Made by a program: the position numbers and the translations under genes. A stretch of 63,631 nt of DNA, filler included, from Octopus bimaculoides (lineage: Eukaryota), in the NCBI RefSeq assembly GCF_001194135.2. It is 6 parts of 6 records of this genome, joined end to end, with 100 filler letters (N's around TTAATTAATTAA, not from the genome) between each part and the next. Parts side by side here need not be neighbours in the genome. Positions count along the whole stretch, not along the records: positions 10,572 to 31,703 come from NC_069002.1; positions 31,804 to 48,438 come from NC_068993.1; 4 more parts are not named here. One strand, written 5' to 3'. Below, one piece after another: positions 25,773 to 39,611 of this stretch; within the stretch, counting starts at the first letter, position 1; each line of letters opens with the position of its first letter. The notes beneath the pieces were generated by a model, which made no database searches, was not told where the DNA came from, and saw only the letters and a list, made by a program, of their open reading frames with translations.

Positions 25773-26127
25773 GTGTGTCTATTTATCTACATCTCTCGCT
25801 CTGTCTGTCTCTGTCTGTCTGTCTGTCTGTCTCTCTCTATCTATCAATCTATCTCTCTACTAATAGAGAGATAGATATACATACATGCACTCACACACAC
25901 ATAGATATATACGCCTATGTATATGTATGTATGTGTGTGAGTGTGTATATACACACACACACACACACACACATACACACACACACACACATTCATGCCG
26001 AACATTGTGTATAGTTACGCACACACACATATATATATTTCATATACCAGTATATAACAATAATAATATTAATATTAATAATGTTGTAGTAACTACAAAA
26101 GCAACAATAATAGCAGCGGCGATGTCA

Positions 26128-26172
<45 letters not shown>

Positions 26173-27951
26173 GTGATGGTGATGATGATGATAAAAAAAT
26201 GATGGTTTGCGAAATAAAATGAATCACGCATCTATTAACGACAAATTAGTCTACTTAACAAAGATAATGGCCCCCCTGAAGCAAGCTAGTTTCATACATA
26301 CATACATACATACATACATATACAAATATGTGTGTATATATATATACCTATATACATACCTAAATACAAATATATATATATATATGTATGTATCTATGTA
26401 TGTATTTATATATATATATATACATATGTAAAACATTTTATTTACATAAAGAAATATACTTATCAATAATCTATTTTGTATTTTACTTCTTTTTGGGTTT
26501 TTTTTCTTGGCATTTTCTTCGTTTCATTTTTATAGTTTACTGGTTTTATTACTTTTATCTCTTTCCTTTCTTATTTTTTTTTTGTTTTTTTTTTTGTCTT
26601 CCTTCTTGCAATGTTTCCTTTAATATTATCGATCACAAAACAAAACATATCAGCTAGTAAATTGATAATGATTAAGTGCTTAGAGTAGAAAATGGTTTTC
26701 TGGATATAGCAGTTCCTGCAATGGAATGGAATCGATCTTTTCTCTTGTAGCAAAGTTATTTTTTTCTTTTTTTTTTTTTCATGTGGTGTGTGTGTAGGTG
26801 CTTGAATATGGTGGTTGGTATTTGTGGTGTTGACTTCATACTACATATATAGCTGTATCGGTATTTACATATATTCATACACACACACACACTCACACAT
26901 ATATAGATAGAGAGATAGNNNNNNNNNNNNNNNNNNNNNNNNNNNNNNNNNNNNNNNNNNNNNNNNNNNNNNNNNNNNNNNNNNNNNNNNNNNNNNNNNN
27001 NNNNNNNNNNNNNNNNNNNNNNNNNNNNNNNNNNNNNNNNNNNNNNNNNNNNNNNNNNNNNNNNNNNNNNNNNNNNNNNNNNNNNNNNNNNNNNNNNNNN
27101 NNNNNNNNNNNNNNNNNNNNNNNNNNNNNNNNNNNNNNNNNNNNNNNNNNNNNNNNNNNNNNNNNNNNNNNNNNNNNNNNNNNNNNNNNNNNNNNNNNNN
27201 NNNNNNNNNNNNNNNNNNNNNNNNNNNNNNNNNNNNNNNNNNNNNNNNNNNNNNNNNNNNNNNNNNNNNNNNNNNNNNNNNNNNNNNNNNNNNNNNNNNN
27301 NNNNNNNNNNNNNNNNNNNNNNNNNNNNNNNNNNNNNNNNNNNNNNNNNNNNNNNNNNNNNNNNNNNNNNNNNNNNNNNNNNNNNNNNNNNNNNNNNNNN
27401 NNNACCACCACCACCGTCGTTTTCGTCATTATTACGAATTCATATTATTTGTATCATAATCAATATCATGTTGGCTATTGGAATGGCTTTATTTTTCAAT
27501 GCGTTACAAAATGGATTTTGATGACGTCGTGTTGGGTTTTTTTTTTCCTGTTTGGTGAATACTGAGTAATTGAAAACGTAGAACTGAAGTTTTTTTGTTT
27601 TGTTTTTAGCTATTTTTGGTTATGTTTTTTTGGGGGAGAAAAAGAAGAAAAATATACAGCAACATATATTAAATCTTGAGTATTGATAATGAATTATGCT
27701 TATTGCTAACAATTTAGATTATATATATGTGTTAAGTAATCGATGTTGCCACATATGAATGTATATATATATGTATATACTGAGACACATATACACACAG
27801 ACATACTCATTCACGCATGCACACACACACACACAAATATATTTATTTTTATATTTATGTATATGTATGTATGTGTGTGTATGTATGTATGGTCATAAAT
27901 ATGATGCTTTGTATGATAACCTACTTCGTATAACCCTTCAATATCTGTCTA

Positions 27952-27991
<40 letters not shown>

Positions 27992-28169
27992 CCTCTCTCT
28001 CTCGGTGTTTGTTTCAGATAGAGTTTGGCAGCCAGTAACATATACATCTCTCTGTCTCTCTCTGTTTCTCTCCCTCTTTGTATCTGTCTATCTATCTTTC
28101 TTATAGTTATGTCTTATAGTTTATTCTCTCTTTCTCTGACTGCTTTCCCAGAGTCTTGTCTTCAGTCAA

Positions 28170-29480
28170 ATCGTTCTAAATTTCTATCCAACTAGAATTT
28201 CCCCTTCCCGGTTAAAGAAGCTCCGCTATTTTTCGCAGCTGAAGCTCAATTAAATCACTTTTTCCACATTGAAAGCATCGTAGGAGACACATCGATTAAT
28301 GTCATCTTAGATACATTACACAGGAAAACAACAAGCAATTATCACGGCAAAAAACATTTATTCCATGATCTTTTCAAGTAGAAATGACCTGGACCTACAC
28401 ATCAACAAGATTATGTCTTTGTTCAAAGATTTTTTTCAGTATATCGACATATTCTCTAGCACTGTACAAGGGCTTTTGATATAGACACTAGAATATCATT
28501 TTTTTTCGAGCCCCAGTGAATTTACTTGGTCTTTTTGAAAAAAGACCTCATTCGAAAAGTTCTATGCATTTGATCTAACTTATATATCTATGAATATTTC
28601 CTTTATTGGAAATCCGAAAGTAGTTAAGAAGCATCAACAAAACTCGAACGATTCTCCTGCAAATTTCACAAACCTTGTTTCTAACGCTAGTAAAATTAGA
28701 TGGCCCTTTATTTTCTGATGGTGCCACATTCCATAGTGCTGTATATAATTATGATGAAACATCCTGCAAAGTCGTTTCGAAGAACAAATTTGTTACATGG
28801 AAATAATGGCTATGCTTACGAATGCAAAAATTTGGTTTAATCTACCATTTAATTTAGATAAACATTTCCCAATCACCAAGAAAATGTTTAAATATAGTAT
28901 CCTTGCATTTTGCGACAAACCACAGTTATCGTAATCTCCGTCATAAAATCACTGTTAAACCTCTTTTATACAACACAAATAATACAACTGTTCTCTTCGT
29001 AACTGTCCCATACGTTTGTCATTTTAATTGAAATTGCCTTTTGAAAGCTCTGGTTTGCTGTGCAAAAATATTTTCTTTATACTAACACTGCTTCTAAATA
29101 TTATATCGGACTCACTGAAACCATTAAGATTGCTGTTGGTTTGAAAACATAAATAACTTAACGTGAATTATAAAATGACACAGTATTGTTCAGTTCTATT
29201 TGGTTCCTGAAGGGCACAAAGTTAAATACTTTTAAAATCGAATATTTTTCCCCAACTTTATTCCACATTAGATTCGCGTTAATTTTTGCTTTAAATTGAA
29301 TTGTCTACCTTCTGAGTGTCTGAAAATGGATATTCTGTTCCAAACGTGAAGTACATTGAATAAATAACCACATTCTGCTGATCAATGCTGATAATACTCG
29401 AAATTCTTGCTGCAGAACTTTATGCCACCCTATTTTTTTAATCCCGCAATGTTCTATTAAGAAAAGAGAGTAATCATTCC
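28170..29480 (+). mobile_element. Highly decayed PLE: RT, Cys linker and GIY-YIG (Nematis-like type, clade tentative)
   Basis: Collinear motif remnants across shifting frames: NFYPT (~28178), QAIITAKNILFHD, NSNDSP (SNHPP-like), KIWFNLP, LDKHFP, LCKNIF, KYYIGLTET (~29097-29123) and NDTVLFSSIWFLK. Confidence 0.65.
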
Positions 29481-30085
29481 GTAAACTTCCTCTAGTCACT
29501 AATTAATTTCATCTTGATTTTACTGTTCTGTCTCCGTAATATATCTAATTAACAAAATTACAGGCTTAGTCATGCAGAAGATTCTTTAAAAGGATGAAAT
29601 AGTACTAAGCATGATTAGCACTTGAAATTGTAAGCACTCCACCATAGATAAAGGATAGCATTATATTTGTGTATATGCGTGTGTGCGTATGCGTGTGTAT
29701 GTGTGTACGTGTGTACGTATGCGTGTGTATGTGTGTACGTGTGTACGTGAGTGTAAACTCTTCATTTCTTTTCACATTTATTGATTTCAAATTACAAATC
29801 ATTATCACCCCTTACCTTGTGTGGAGATGATTATATTCCTTTGTATTAACGGCCGTCCAGAAGGTGCTATATGCGCTTATATCATCAGTTACATATCCAA
29901 TATGCAGGACGTAACAGAATGTTTAATTTCTAAATCCCATACTTTCTTTGATATGAGCCAATTGTTTCTACCATCTCTTGCGCATTATTAAAAGAACAGG
30001 TTTACGACACAAGTATATACTTGTATCTGCTTTCCTTGTCTGCTAGAAATAGGATTCAAATCCCTCTATTCAATCCATATTCTGT

Positions 30086-30310
30086 GGAGACACGTGGCTT
30101 AGTGGTTAGGCTGTTGGACTCATGATCGTAAGATTTTGGTTTCGAGTCCTGGACCGGGCGACGCGTTGTGTTTTTGAGCAAAACACTTCATTTTACGTTG
30201 TTTCGGTTCAAATAAGTAATCCTGTGATGGACTGTCAAGTTGGGGAATATATACGCCATGAAACCGGGAAACCGGACCTTATGAGTCGGTATGACACGAG
30301 AAGGTAACTT
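30086..30310 (+). mobile_element. SINE family B copy
   Basis: A box TGGCTTAGTGG at 30095-30105, B box gtttcgagtcc at ~30139-30149, then ttgagcaaaacacttcattttacg. Confidence 0.8.
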
Positions 30311-30835
30311 TTAAACCATATGCTAGTGTTTTAAAGAAGACACATTGAATTCTACACAAAATAGGATGACCCTTGATCAAGGAAGATACGAAGCTTAGCA
30401 ATGACGGTTTCTAATACATGTTTAACAATAGAACACGAATTGCTTTAGGTAGAAAAATCAAAGGCTACCCATGGGACTCAGAATCAAACCTTCTGTAAAC
30501 GTTTATCTATTTCTAAATCTGTATGACGTCAACAACATATAATATTTATTGACATGAACGCCTCTAAAATGCATAGAAAACCCAAAGGATTTCTCTGCTC
30601 CAATGGTAGAACATTTATTACAGCTTTTAACGCAATTAAATTATTTAGAGTTTCCTCTACTTCAAACTCCACCTTTGAAAATGAATTGTTTCATGTTCTC
30701 TCAAAGTTTCTAAGCTCTTATAACGTAAAGACAATTAATTAGTCCTTCAAATTTTACTTAATTTTCTATTCCTTGATTGTATTTTGATTCTCACTCAAAA
30801 TTTAGGGTCTTCTATTAAAAGTTGAAGCTAATATC

Positions 30836-31610
30836 ATTATTATTATTATTATTATTATTATAGACGTCGTACAGTATACAAACTCGTGAGGTTATTGATG
30901 TGTTTACCGGGGGTTAGTACTGTTTGTCAAGTCACAACAAGGACCTCAGACTGACAGTACTTTACGCAATATGCGTGCAGTTCCAAGTAATGCTGACTTT
31001 TGCAATACATCTAGATTGTAGATGTTTATTTTCAGATTGGGTGGTATTGAGCCCAATGCTTCGATGACAATAGGGATAACCTTTATGTTCGACTCTCGCA
31101 GTTACCAAATCTTTGCGATCTCAATTCTCAACATTTTCTCTTTCTTTCATGATGATGATATGTTGATCTCCTGGCACTGCTACGTCGATTATTAAGCACT
31201 CTTTTTGTCCCTCCTAAGGGTTACTATATCCGGCCTTCCATGCTCTAACACTTTGCCTGGAAATCAAAGTCCCAGAGGATTTTGCCATTCTCCATTTCGT
31301 CTATTACCTTTTCCGGTGTATGTTGGTACCAAGCACCCGTTACTTCGTATCCAAACTTCCGGCATATTAGCCAGTGGAGGTTTTGGGCTACTTTGTCGTG
31401 TCTACGCTTGTACTCTTTCTGCGCAAGACTTTCACATGCACTAACAATGAGAATCACACTTTCAACCCTCTTCCCACACATTCTGCAGAGGTAGATAGAC
31501 AGCCGACAACTGATGAAGGGTCTTTTTTCTGTGTCTACATGTCCTGTATTCAATTCTTTTTTCTCGTTGTCTACGTATTTCAAGTTATTTGCACCGTTGG
31601 TGACGTCTAG
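30836..31610 (-). mobile_element. R4/Dong-type LINE 3' fragment: CCHC knuckle, restriction-like endonuclease, 3' UTR, (TAA)n tail
   Basis: CRMCG...VSACESLAQKEYKRRHD, KILWDFDFQ, GRPDIV (31219-31239), LIDVAVPGD, VIPIVIEALG and KSALLGTARILRKVL. The (TTA)n run on the plus strand is at 30836-30860. Confidence 0.88.
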
Positions 31611-31703
31611 TACATATATATGCATGTATACATACATACATACATACATATATACATATATACATACATATATACATTATATATATATATATATATATAT
31701 ATA

Positions 31704-31803
31704 NNNNNNNNNNNNNNNNNNNNNNNNNNNNNNNNNNNNNNNNNNNNTTAATTAATTAANNNNNNNNNNNNNNNNNNNNNNNNNNNNNNNNNNNNNNNNN
31801 NNN
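31704..31803. other. Artificial linker 2
   Basis: 44 N + TTAATTAATTAA + 44 N. Confidence 0.95.
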
Positions 31804-32503
31804 TGTGTGTGTGTGTGTTTGTGTGTGTGTTCCTGTAAAACATGTTCAACACGTCCGAATATAAAAGCTTGTGATAGAACCTTTCGCTGCAGTAGTCCCT
31901 GAAGAAAAATCTAAACTTATGCAAATACATTTTGACGTCACTCCTGCCTGAAATAAAACGTGTATTTACACAAGTTTAGACGGAGAATTCTCTCTCGGGG
32001 TTATTCCTGTCGTGAAAGGTCTTAGTATGTTCGATTATCGTCGAAGACTTTACACGAGGTACTCCAGTATGGTCATAGTTCTTTTCTTCCCTCATATTTT
32101 GCAATTAGGAAAACGACACAGTTGGATCCAGTGCCATTCAGTTTGTCGTGGTTTAGGTATTAGGAAGTAATTCCTGAACGTAACTTACGATTACAAGTGC
32201 TTCTTTGAAATTTATCTCCATCTTCCAGTCATTATCACCACGTAAAAGTCTCTGAGTGTCAGCTACCCTATATTTACGATTCTTTGATTTCTAGACACAT
32301 TGATTATTAGATATATTTTAAATTCTTCTACCAATAATTTTGAAAACCATCAATATTCACCTCAGACCAAGAGTTTCTTTCTTTTCTCTATTTCGCATCA
32401 CTTTTAAACTGTCTTTTATATTTATGACTTTCATATTTATGACTCAGTTCATTACTTTTCATGTTGTACATTACTACCGCTGTTGTTGCTGTTGTTGTTG
32501 CTG

Positions 32504-32535
<32 letters not shown>

Positions 32536-32964
32536 GGTGGTCTCACCTGCGAAAGCAAGTTGTTCTTTATTTCTTTAGTTAATGTCATTAGTTTTCGTTT
32601 TCTTAGTTCATCTAACATATTACTGTTTATGTGTCAATCTCTGAGTTTAATAGTCAAAAGACTAACTCTTTGTGAAACATTCAGATAATCGCTTTTTATA
32701 GTTTATGAATAAATTGCTAACGTTAAAGCGTAGTTATATTAGATACCACATTTACCATATTAGGATAGAAAACAACAGGCCACCTGGCAAGGAAAAGACT
32801 TGACCCACGCATATATCGCTTCCAGAACAACCTTACTGATTACAATGAAGTCAGCTTGTTTTCTTTCTCTGCCCCAACAGATTACAGTAAGTAATATAGT
32901 TCAGTATAACTTACCACTCTTCTTAAGTATATATTACATATCCGTAGATATATAAAATCTCAGT

Positions 32965-33125
32965 GTTACACAGAATGTGACAAGGCTGGCTCTTTTATTG
33001 GTACTGCTCACTTTCAGTGGACTGGAGTAACATGAAATAAAGTGCTTTGCTCAAGGACACAAAGCACCGCCGAGAGTCGAACTCCCGATCGTGAGCCGAA
33101 CACCCTAACCACTAAGTCACGCACT
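32965..33125 (-). mobile_element. SINE family B partial copy
   Basis: gtgacaaggctggc...gaaataaagtgctttgctcaaggacac...accactaagtcac matches the 17810-18133 copy. Confidence 0.75.
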
Positions 33126-33131
33126 TTCTCC

Positions 33132-33192
<61 letters not shown>

Positions 33193-33240
33193 GATAAGCA
33201 TTCAATAACTATGAGAGAATATAAAATAATTCAATTTTAG

Positions 33241-33520
33241 AATGTTGAAACTCCAAGTATATGAAGCTATAACCAATAGAGTGTAAATAGCTTTAAAACC
33301 CTTTAGAGAAGAAAAGGGAAGGCTCTCGTTTAGACTCGAACTCATATTATCTGTAAACACTACATAAGTTCTACAACTGGACCAAAGTAATCCTTCAAAT
33401 TTCTTTATCAGCTGCACATTCTTAAAGTTTAATCGCTTATAATTAGTAGCTAATAATTTTTTTTATCAAGCTCACTGGAAAATCGCGACACCAGCGCCTT
33501 TTCTGGCATTGTTATTCTAC
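33241..33520 (-). mobile_element. Possible AP-endonuclease remnant of an old LINE
   Basis: RKGAGVAIF (33478-33504) and a frameshifted LG(D)FNI (33241-33257) occur in the expected order. Confidence 0.3.
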
Positions 33521-35128
33521 GCTAGCGGAGAGTTGTATCGCTGCTATCTCTCACGGTCGACCGTCCATCAATTACAAGACCAAAGAAGATCGAAAGCACA
33601 TGATCTGGTGGCGGTCTCGGCACATGAGGTGGCGGGGATTTATCTCACCGCTAGAATGCATTTTGCAACAGAATGCATTTTGCACCAAAACACACTATAA
33701 GAGTTTTCCTAATGGCAACTATAGCAGTATAGTTTTTTCTAACAGAACATCCGCGTTTAAGAGGAGATAAATATTCCTCTCGCTATTAATATTGCCTATG
33801 TCGCTACTAAATATCTTTTAAAGTTTAGCAGACGTGTAAAACGCGTCCATCACATCAGATGTTAGGAGAAGCGCAACGGATTTGAGACAAATTCAAAATG
33901 GCTACTAGGTGTTAGGCCTTTATTAGCCAGCGAAGATCACGTAGTATTAATGTTGTGAAAGTGACAACAGCTGTTTTCTTTATTACTATGCCTTCATGAT
34001 TTGATGTTGCTGGGTTACAACTAAGTTTACAATAGAGTTATGATAGACACAAACACAGCTACACAGCCACAAATCTATACCTCAACACATAACTCCCGAA
34101 ATCCTAATATCTACCTAATAGAAGGCTCGAAACTCTCAAAGCTTGTAGTCTATATAGCTATCAGTCACCCTCACGCCATCAGATGGCACCATAAGGAACT
34201 TCATGAACATGACAGCTAACGATTTTTAAGAAAAGGTGTACATATCGCATACACGCCTTCAAATCTAGGAATAGGTAAAACTCCACCTTTCTTCCCACTT
34301 CATCTGGGGACTCCGCGCCATCGAAATGACGCCTCAGCATGAAATGTAGTATCTTATTCATCCGAAATTCCTAAATTCCAACTCTGTCTCTGCGAGAGAT
34401 TTCACACACTTACCCAACATGCAATATCTATCCACAGGAAGAAAGAACTAATCTATTGTTGCTAGCAGTGGTAAGCGCCGTTCATGAACTTCAAGCCACT
34501 GGCAGCTGAGAATCCAGATATACCACCGTAGGCCTAACTGTCCTATACACAAGGACAGGATACTTAATCCCTTTCGCCCATATAGGCTACAGCCTACCAT
34601 TGCAAATTCCAACCTCAATTATAAAGCAGCACCATCAAATTTGGTTATGTAAAGACTGCTTCCCCCATATCTTAACACTCCACTGAACAACGAATGGGCT
34701 ACATAAGGGAAAAGACGAAGACAATGACAGCAGCGAGAATGGCGATGATTTCCCATTTATTTGTTTCATTGTAACAATTTTCTTTGGTTGTCTATTTCTT
34801 TATCATTTAATCAAGAAAAGACCATGACTCTTTTTCCAAGGCCAACTACAGTGATAGGAGAAAATGAAAATGTTATCCTTAAATCGATGACTTATGTTGT
34901 ATGTTCGCAACAGAGTATATTCTTATAGATGCATCCATAGGTCAAGTGTTATAGAGGACATGTAGAAGCACTCTGAATATTTTTATTTATTTAAGTTCAA
35001 CAATTGAAAATCCTATAGGATTGTGGTAAGGGTGTTCTATGAGATGGAATCAGAAAAGTGGTATATACAGGTGAGTAGAGCTGCTCGTTGCAGAGTGTGT
35101 GAACTCTTAGTATCAGGCATGTGACTCG

Positions 35129-35189
<61 letters not shown>

Positions 35190-36125
35190 TGTGTGTGCTT
35201 GTGTGTATGTGTGTGTGTGTGTCTATGTGCGTGTGTGAGTGTGTATGTGTGTGTTTGTGTGTGCGTGTGTGTGTGTTTGTGTGTGTGTCTTTGACTAGGT
35301 GGACCTGTGCGTACAGATATGGGTGCGTATGCAAATTGGGTAGCGCTAGTCAGTGTGTGAGAGTGACTCAGTAGGTATATGTTTTAGTGCTTTTTATAAA
35401 TGCATGTGGTTGTGTGTGAGGCTATGTGAGGTTGTTGTGTGAGTGTATGTGATAACATGTATTGGAAATGTCGTGTGATTTGGTATTGTAAGAGTGTTTT
35501 GCGTGTTCATGTGTGTATTTAATTCAAACACATGTGTAGGCCAAACATATCGGGAGTCTGCCCGGAGTATAAGGGGATTGTTTAGCATTTAATGGGTTTG
35601 TGTATATTTACCTGTGTAAATGAAGTTGTTGTTTTTTTCTAGTGTGTATATGCTTGAGTATTCCAAACATGGTAGGTTAAAAAGATAAATCCGAGAGTAT
35701 AAAATTCAAGAGTAAGAGACATGCAATAAAACCGGCGGAAAGATGAGCTAAGCTAATTTGTTGCAAAACCTGTGTGAGTGTGCGTCTGTGAATCTGTATG
35801 TATCCACATGTGCGTATGTGTGTGTATAGCATGTATGTGTGTGTGTATATATATATATATATATACACGTGTTTATGTGTGAAGAAAAAAGAAAAGAGAA
35901 AAGAATATTCAGCAGCTGCTTCTGGGTTCAACGAATTTTAAGAGTTTTGTTCAGTCAAAGCACATGCGCAGTTCCTGATTCACACGCGGTTTTATTTGGA
36001 GCTGATTAGATTGCAAAATTGTTGTGTCTTGCAGTAAAAACATGGTGACCATCATTTAATTGAATAATATTAACTTTTAAATAATTTCTTTATAGTACAC
36101 TCCACGATTTATTAACTCAGCAAAC

Positions 36126-36177
<52 letters not shown>

Positions 36178-36219
36178 GCACACACATACACAAACACATA
36201 CACACTCATATATACACAT

Positions 36220-36301
<82 letters not shown>

Positions 36302-36986
36302 AATATATATAATATATGTGGGTGGGGAGAAAACAGAAAGCGAGATAATATGAGAAATATCATGCAGTGTTAGTTTTGAATTCTCGTTCAGGAAAATTAC
36401 AAATTTCTTCTTATACTTATAAATTTCATTATAGAAATACTGTGGGGAATTAAAATGAATTTTGATAAAATTGATACTATAATATATAATCTTTTTTTAC
36501 ATAAAATACGATTATTGGAAAATATGAATTAAATAGAATTAAGAATAGGCAAACTGCCAAATATATTTAGTTTCCAAGAAGTTTTCAAAACTTATGATAA
36601 AAGAATATTTTACAATTTTGAAATTAGTAGTAATGTTATTTAAACTTATAAAAGAAAATTAATTTTACTGATATAGAGCCATAGGGTTTATCATGATATG
36701 GTTAAGAAAAACTAAAGACTCAGACTGGCGTGCAGTTTGATTGATCGATGGGAGGACGGAGATGGTTAGAAACGTTGGAGAGAGAAACATGAAAGAGTAA
36801 CTAAATATGCGATTAAGAAGACAGATGTGTAGGTAGGGGGTGAATGTGTATGTGCATTCATATTTATATGTGTGTATGTGTGTGTGTGCATATATATATA
36901 TATACATATATATAATTACATACACGCGTAGATAGATAGATTAGACAGACAGATAGACAGACAGACAGACAGATAGACAGACAGAC

Positions 36987-37060
<74 letters not shown>

Positions 37061-38329
37061 GCAGGCAGGTAATATATGTGTAAACAGAACAGGCATACAC
37101 ATACAAATATCACATACAAAAATGTATACACTCTCTACAATATAATTATTTTGGTGTCAAAATTACTATATTGACACTGTCCGACTTCAGAATATTTTTA
37201 AAACACTCAAAAAAATACTGCTAGGAGCTAACACAACAAACCCCGATGAGATGATTACAGTTGGTATGTCTTTGCCATAGCAGCTATATTCTTGGGCTAA
37301 ATAATAGCAACATTTGACATTTTCATCTGGACATAACAAAATTAGTCATGAGTCGCTGCTATTAATAGCAGTCGAATGCCCATCATTGAGGAGACCAAGG
37401 GAGGTTGAAATCACCTGATCGGTGTTCTCGGTGATCGAGATGGCGGGAATATATTTTCCTGCTGGCAATATAGACAAGAGTGGTTTTTGTACCAAAAACC
37501 AATATGAGAGTTTCACTCATGGTATCTACCGCAGTATAGTATAGTTCTCACAGAATATCCACGTTTAAATGACGATAAATATTTTATCAAGTGTAATTAA
37601 AGAGAGTCGCTTCGAAACTTTTTCCTTATCAATTCTTATTTTAGTTCATTGCCTGTGCCACAGGTGTACATGTTAGCAAACGTTTAAGCAATAATCTTGA
37701 CGGGCCTACACCTTAAACGGATCAATTTCCTACAATAAATTCTTGCTTTGGTCATGACCAATACATTGACGGATCTCGTCATGGTTACTGTTCTTGTTGT
37801 AGATTGTATGCTACAGTGTCTTAAGACGAGCCTTTGTGAGAGTTCAGACGGACATCGGAATCTCTAAGTGCTAGACATGTTAGCAACTAGGTTTTCCTCA
37901 AATCATAAACTGCCTTAAAATGAACTGGATGATATACACTATGTTTGAAACTAAACGGCATTTTCAAGGTTGGAGGGCCATCAACTATAATTCTGTTCAG
38001 CCATAGCTGACCAGCAAAAACGTTTCTTGGATTCTTGAAATGCATAGGAAAATATTAATATCAAAGTGTTCAAAAAGAAAGAAGACCTGCAAGGTACATT
38101 TACCTAACTAGTAGCATCTACAGGGGCTAATGTCGTCGTTTGAAACTGAAAACTCTTTTATTTTATATTTCTATTCGGGTGAGAGAGTCTCACTCTAGTT
38201 TTGGAAAGTGATGAATGTCGAAACATTTCTGTATTTAAAAAAATTCAAATACAAATGCATCTAAGCATACATACATATACATATAAAACTACATCTCACA
38301 ATATCTACTAGACCACCAGATGCAGTTAT

Positions 38330-39130
38330 ACACCGCTAGGCACAAATGTGCTCCCAGTTATATTTTGGTTGCGCTATTATTTTCGATCTTCACCCAAATC
38401 GCTTAACAGAAATTGTCTTCTTATCGTCGTGGAGGCCTTCCAAGTGGTTTATCCTGATCTCTTAGATACCATATGGCAATGTCATGGGTCCACTTGTTGC
38501 TTGTTTACCTTGCGACATGTCCGGCCCAGCTGAACTTGTGTTTTAGTATTGCGTTATCACATCATTCACTCTTCTCCGTTCATAATTAAAATATACTCTC
38601 GTAATGATATTCCTAGCATGGATCTTTTCATGGCCCTTTGCGTCGTAGCCAGTCGATGTTCTATCTCCTTCGTAGTTGCCCACGTCTTACTTGCGTATAA
38701 GAGCGCAGTTAGGGCAGTGCTATTGAAGAGTCTGGCACGTACGGCATTGTCTAGCTTTGTTTTGAGCACATCCTTTCTCGGGGTAAACATCTTCCATCCA
38801 GCCCTTATTCTCTTTGAGATTTCAGCTTCCATATCTTGGAGCATATTCACTGCGTATCACAAGTTGATGTTGTCCTTTATCACCTCGATTTCATCGCTTC
38901 CCACCTCTTCCAACAACATATTTTATTTTCATGCAGTTCATTTTAAGACCACCTAGGAGTCTCCAGCTCTGACTGCATAAACTGCAACTGGTCTGTGATT
39001 TCCGAGATGAGTACAAAGTCATTTGCAAATCGGAGGCACGTTAGCTACGTGTTATTGATGATCACGCCACCTGTCCAGTCAATGTCCTTGATGACCATTT
39101 CTAGACATGCGATAATACTACATAAAAAGG
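38330..39130 (-). mobile_element. RTE-clade LINE 3' fragment (second subfamily)
   Basis: LRFANDFVLI, EISKRIRAGW, RLFNSTALTALLYASKTW, TQRAMKRSMLG, WAGHVAR and GRPPRR. Confidence 0.88.
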
Positions 39131-39149
39131 TAAAGACTTTCTTCGGTCA

Positions 39150-39445
39150 TGAATGACTATGGGATTGCACCAAGAAAGTTCCCCTCCGGGGCACAAGTCT
39201 GGGCAAGGTGTTTATGTATGACCAGCAGTCGCCTATGCATACCAGCCTCCCCTCTCCACGGCACCGATGTTATGCAAGGAAAAGACCAATACAGCTTGGC
39301 ACCACTGACGTCGCAACTCATTTCTACAGCTGATTGAACTGGAGCTACGTGAAATAAAGTGTCTTGCTCAAGAACACAACACAACAGGAATTGTCCAGGA
39401 ATTGAACTCGCTACCACTTTATTGTGAGCCCGATGCCCTAGTCAC
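39150..39445 (-). mobile_element. SINE family B head and central domain with a different 3' body
   Basis: Shares gagttcaattcc and ttgagcaagacactttatttcacg with other B copies and diverges after aaatgagt. Confidence 0.75.
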
Positions 39446-39611
39446 TCATGCATAAGGCATATATACTTAATAACAGATTGCTTCCACGAAAGCACGCGCA
39501 TAATAATGCATACATATATTATGGCAAATACATACATGAAATAAACAACTTTCCTGACTATATAACATGTGTACCTATAATTATAAGAACAGCAGGTTAT
39601 TTATATTATTT

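Noticed and set aside
29564-29610. Hammerhead-like remnant at the 3' end of the decayed PLE (gcttagt...cagaaga...gaaatagt-actaagc)
   Set aside because: The position and a 7-bp inverted repeat are suggestive, but the core has a substitution, a deletion and an extra 5 nt. Too degenerate to call.
30086-30160. tRNA gene
   Set aside because: A and B boxes are present but run into a SINE central domain, and there is no full cloverleaf.
34000-34700. Possible old LINE remnant
   Set aside because: It looks TE-like, but no motif series could be reconstructed.
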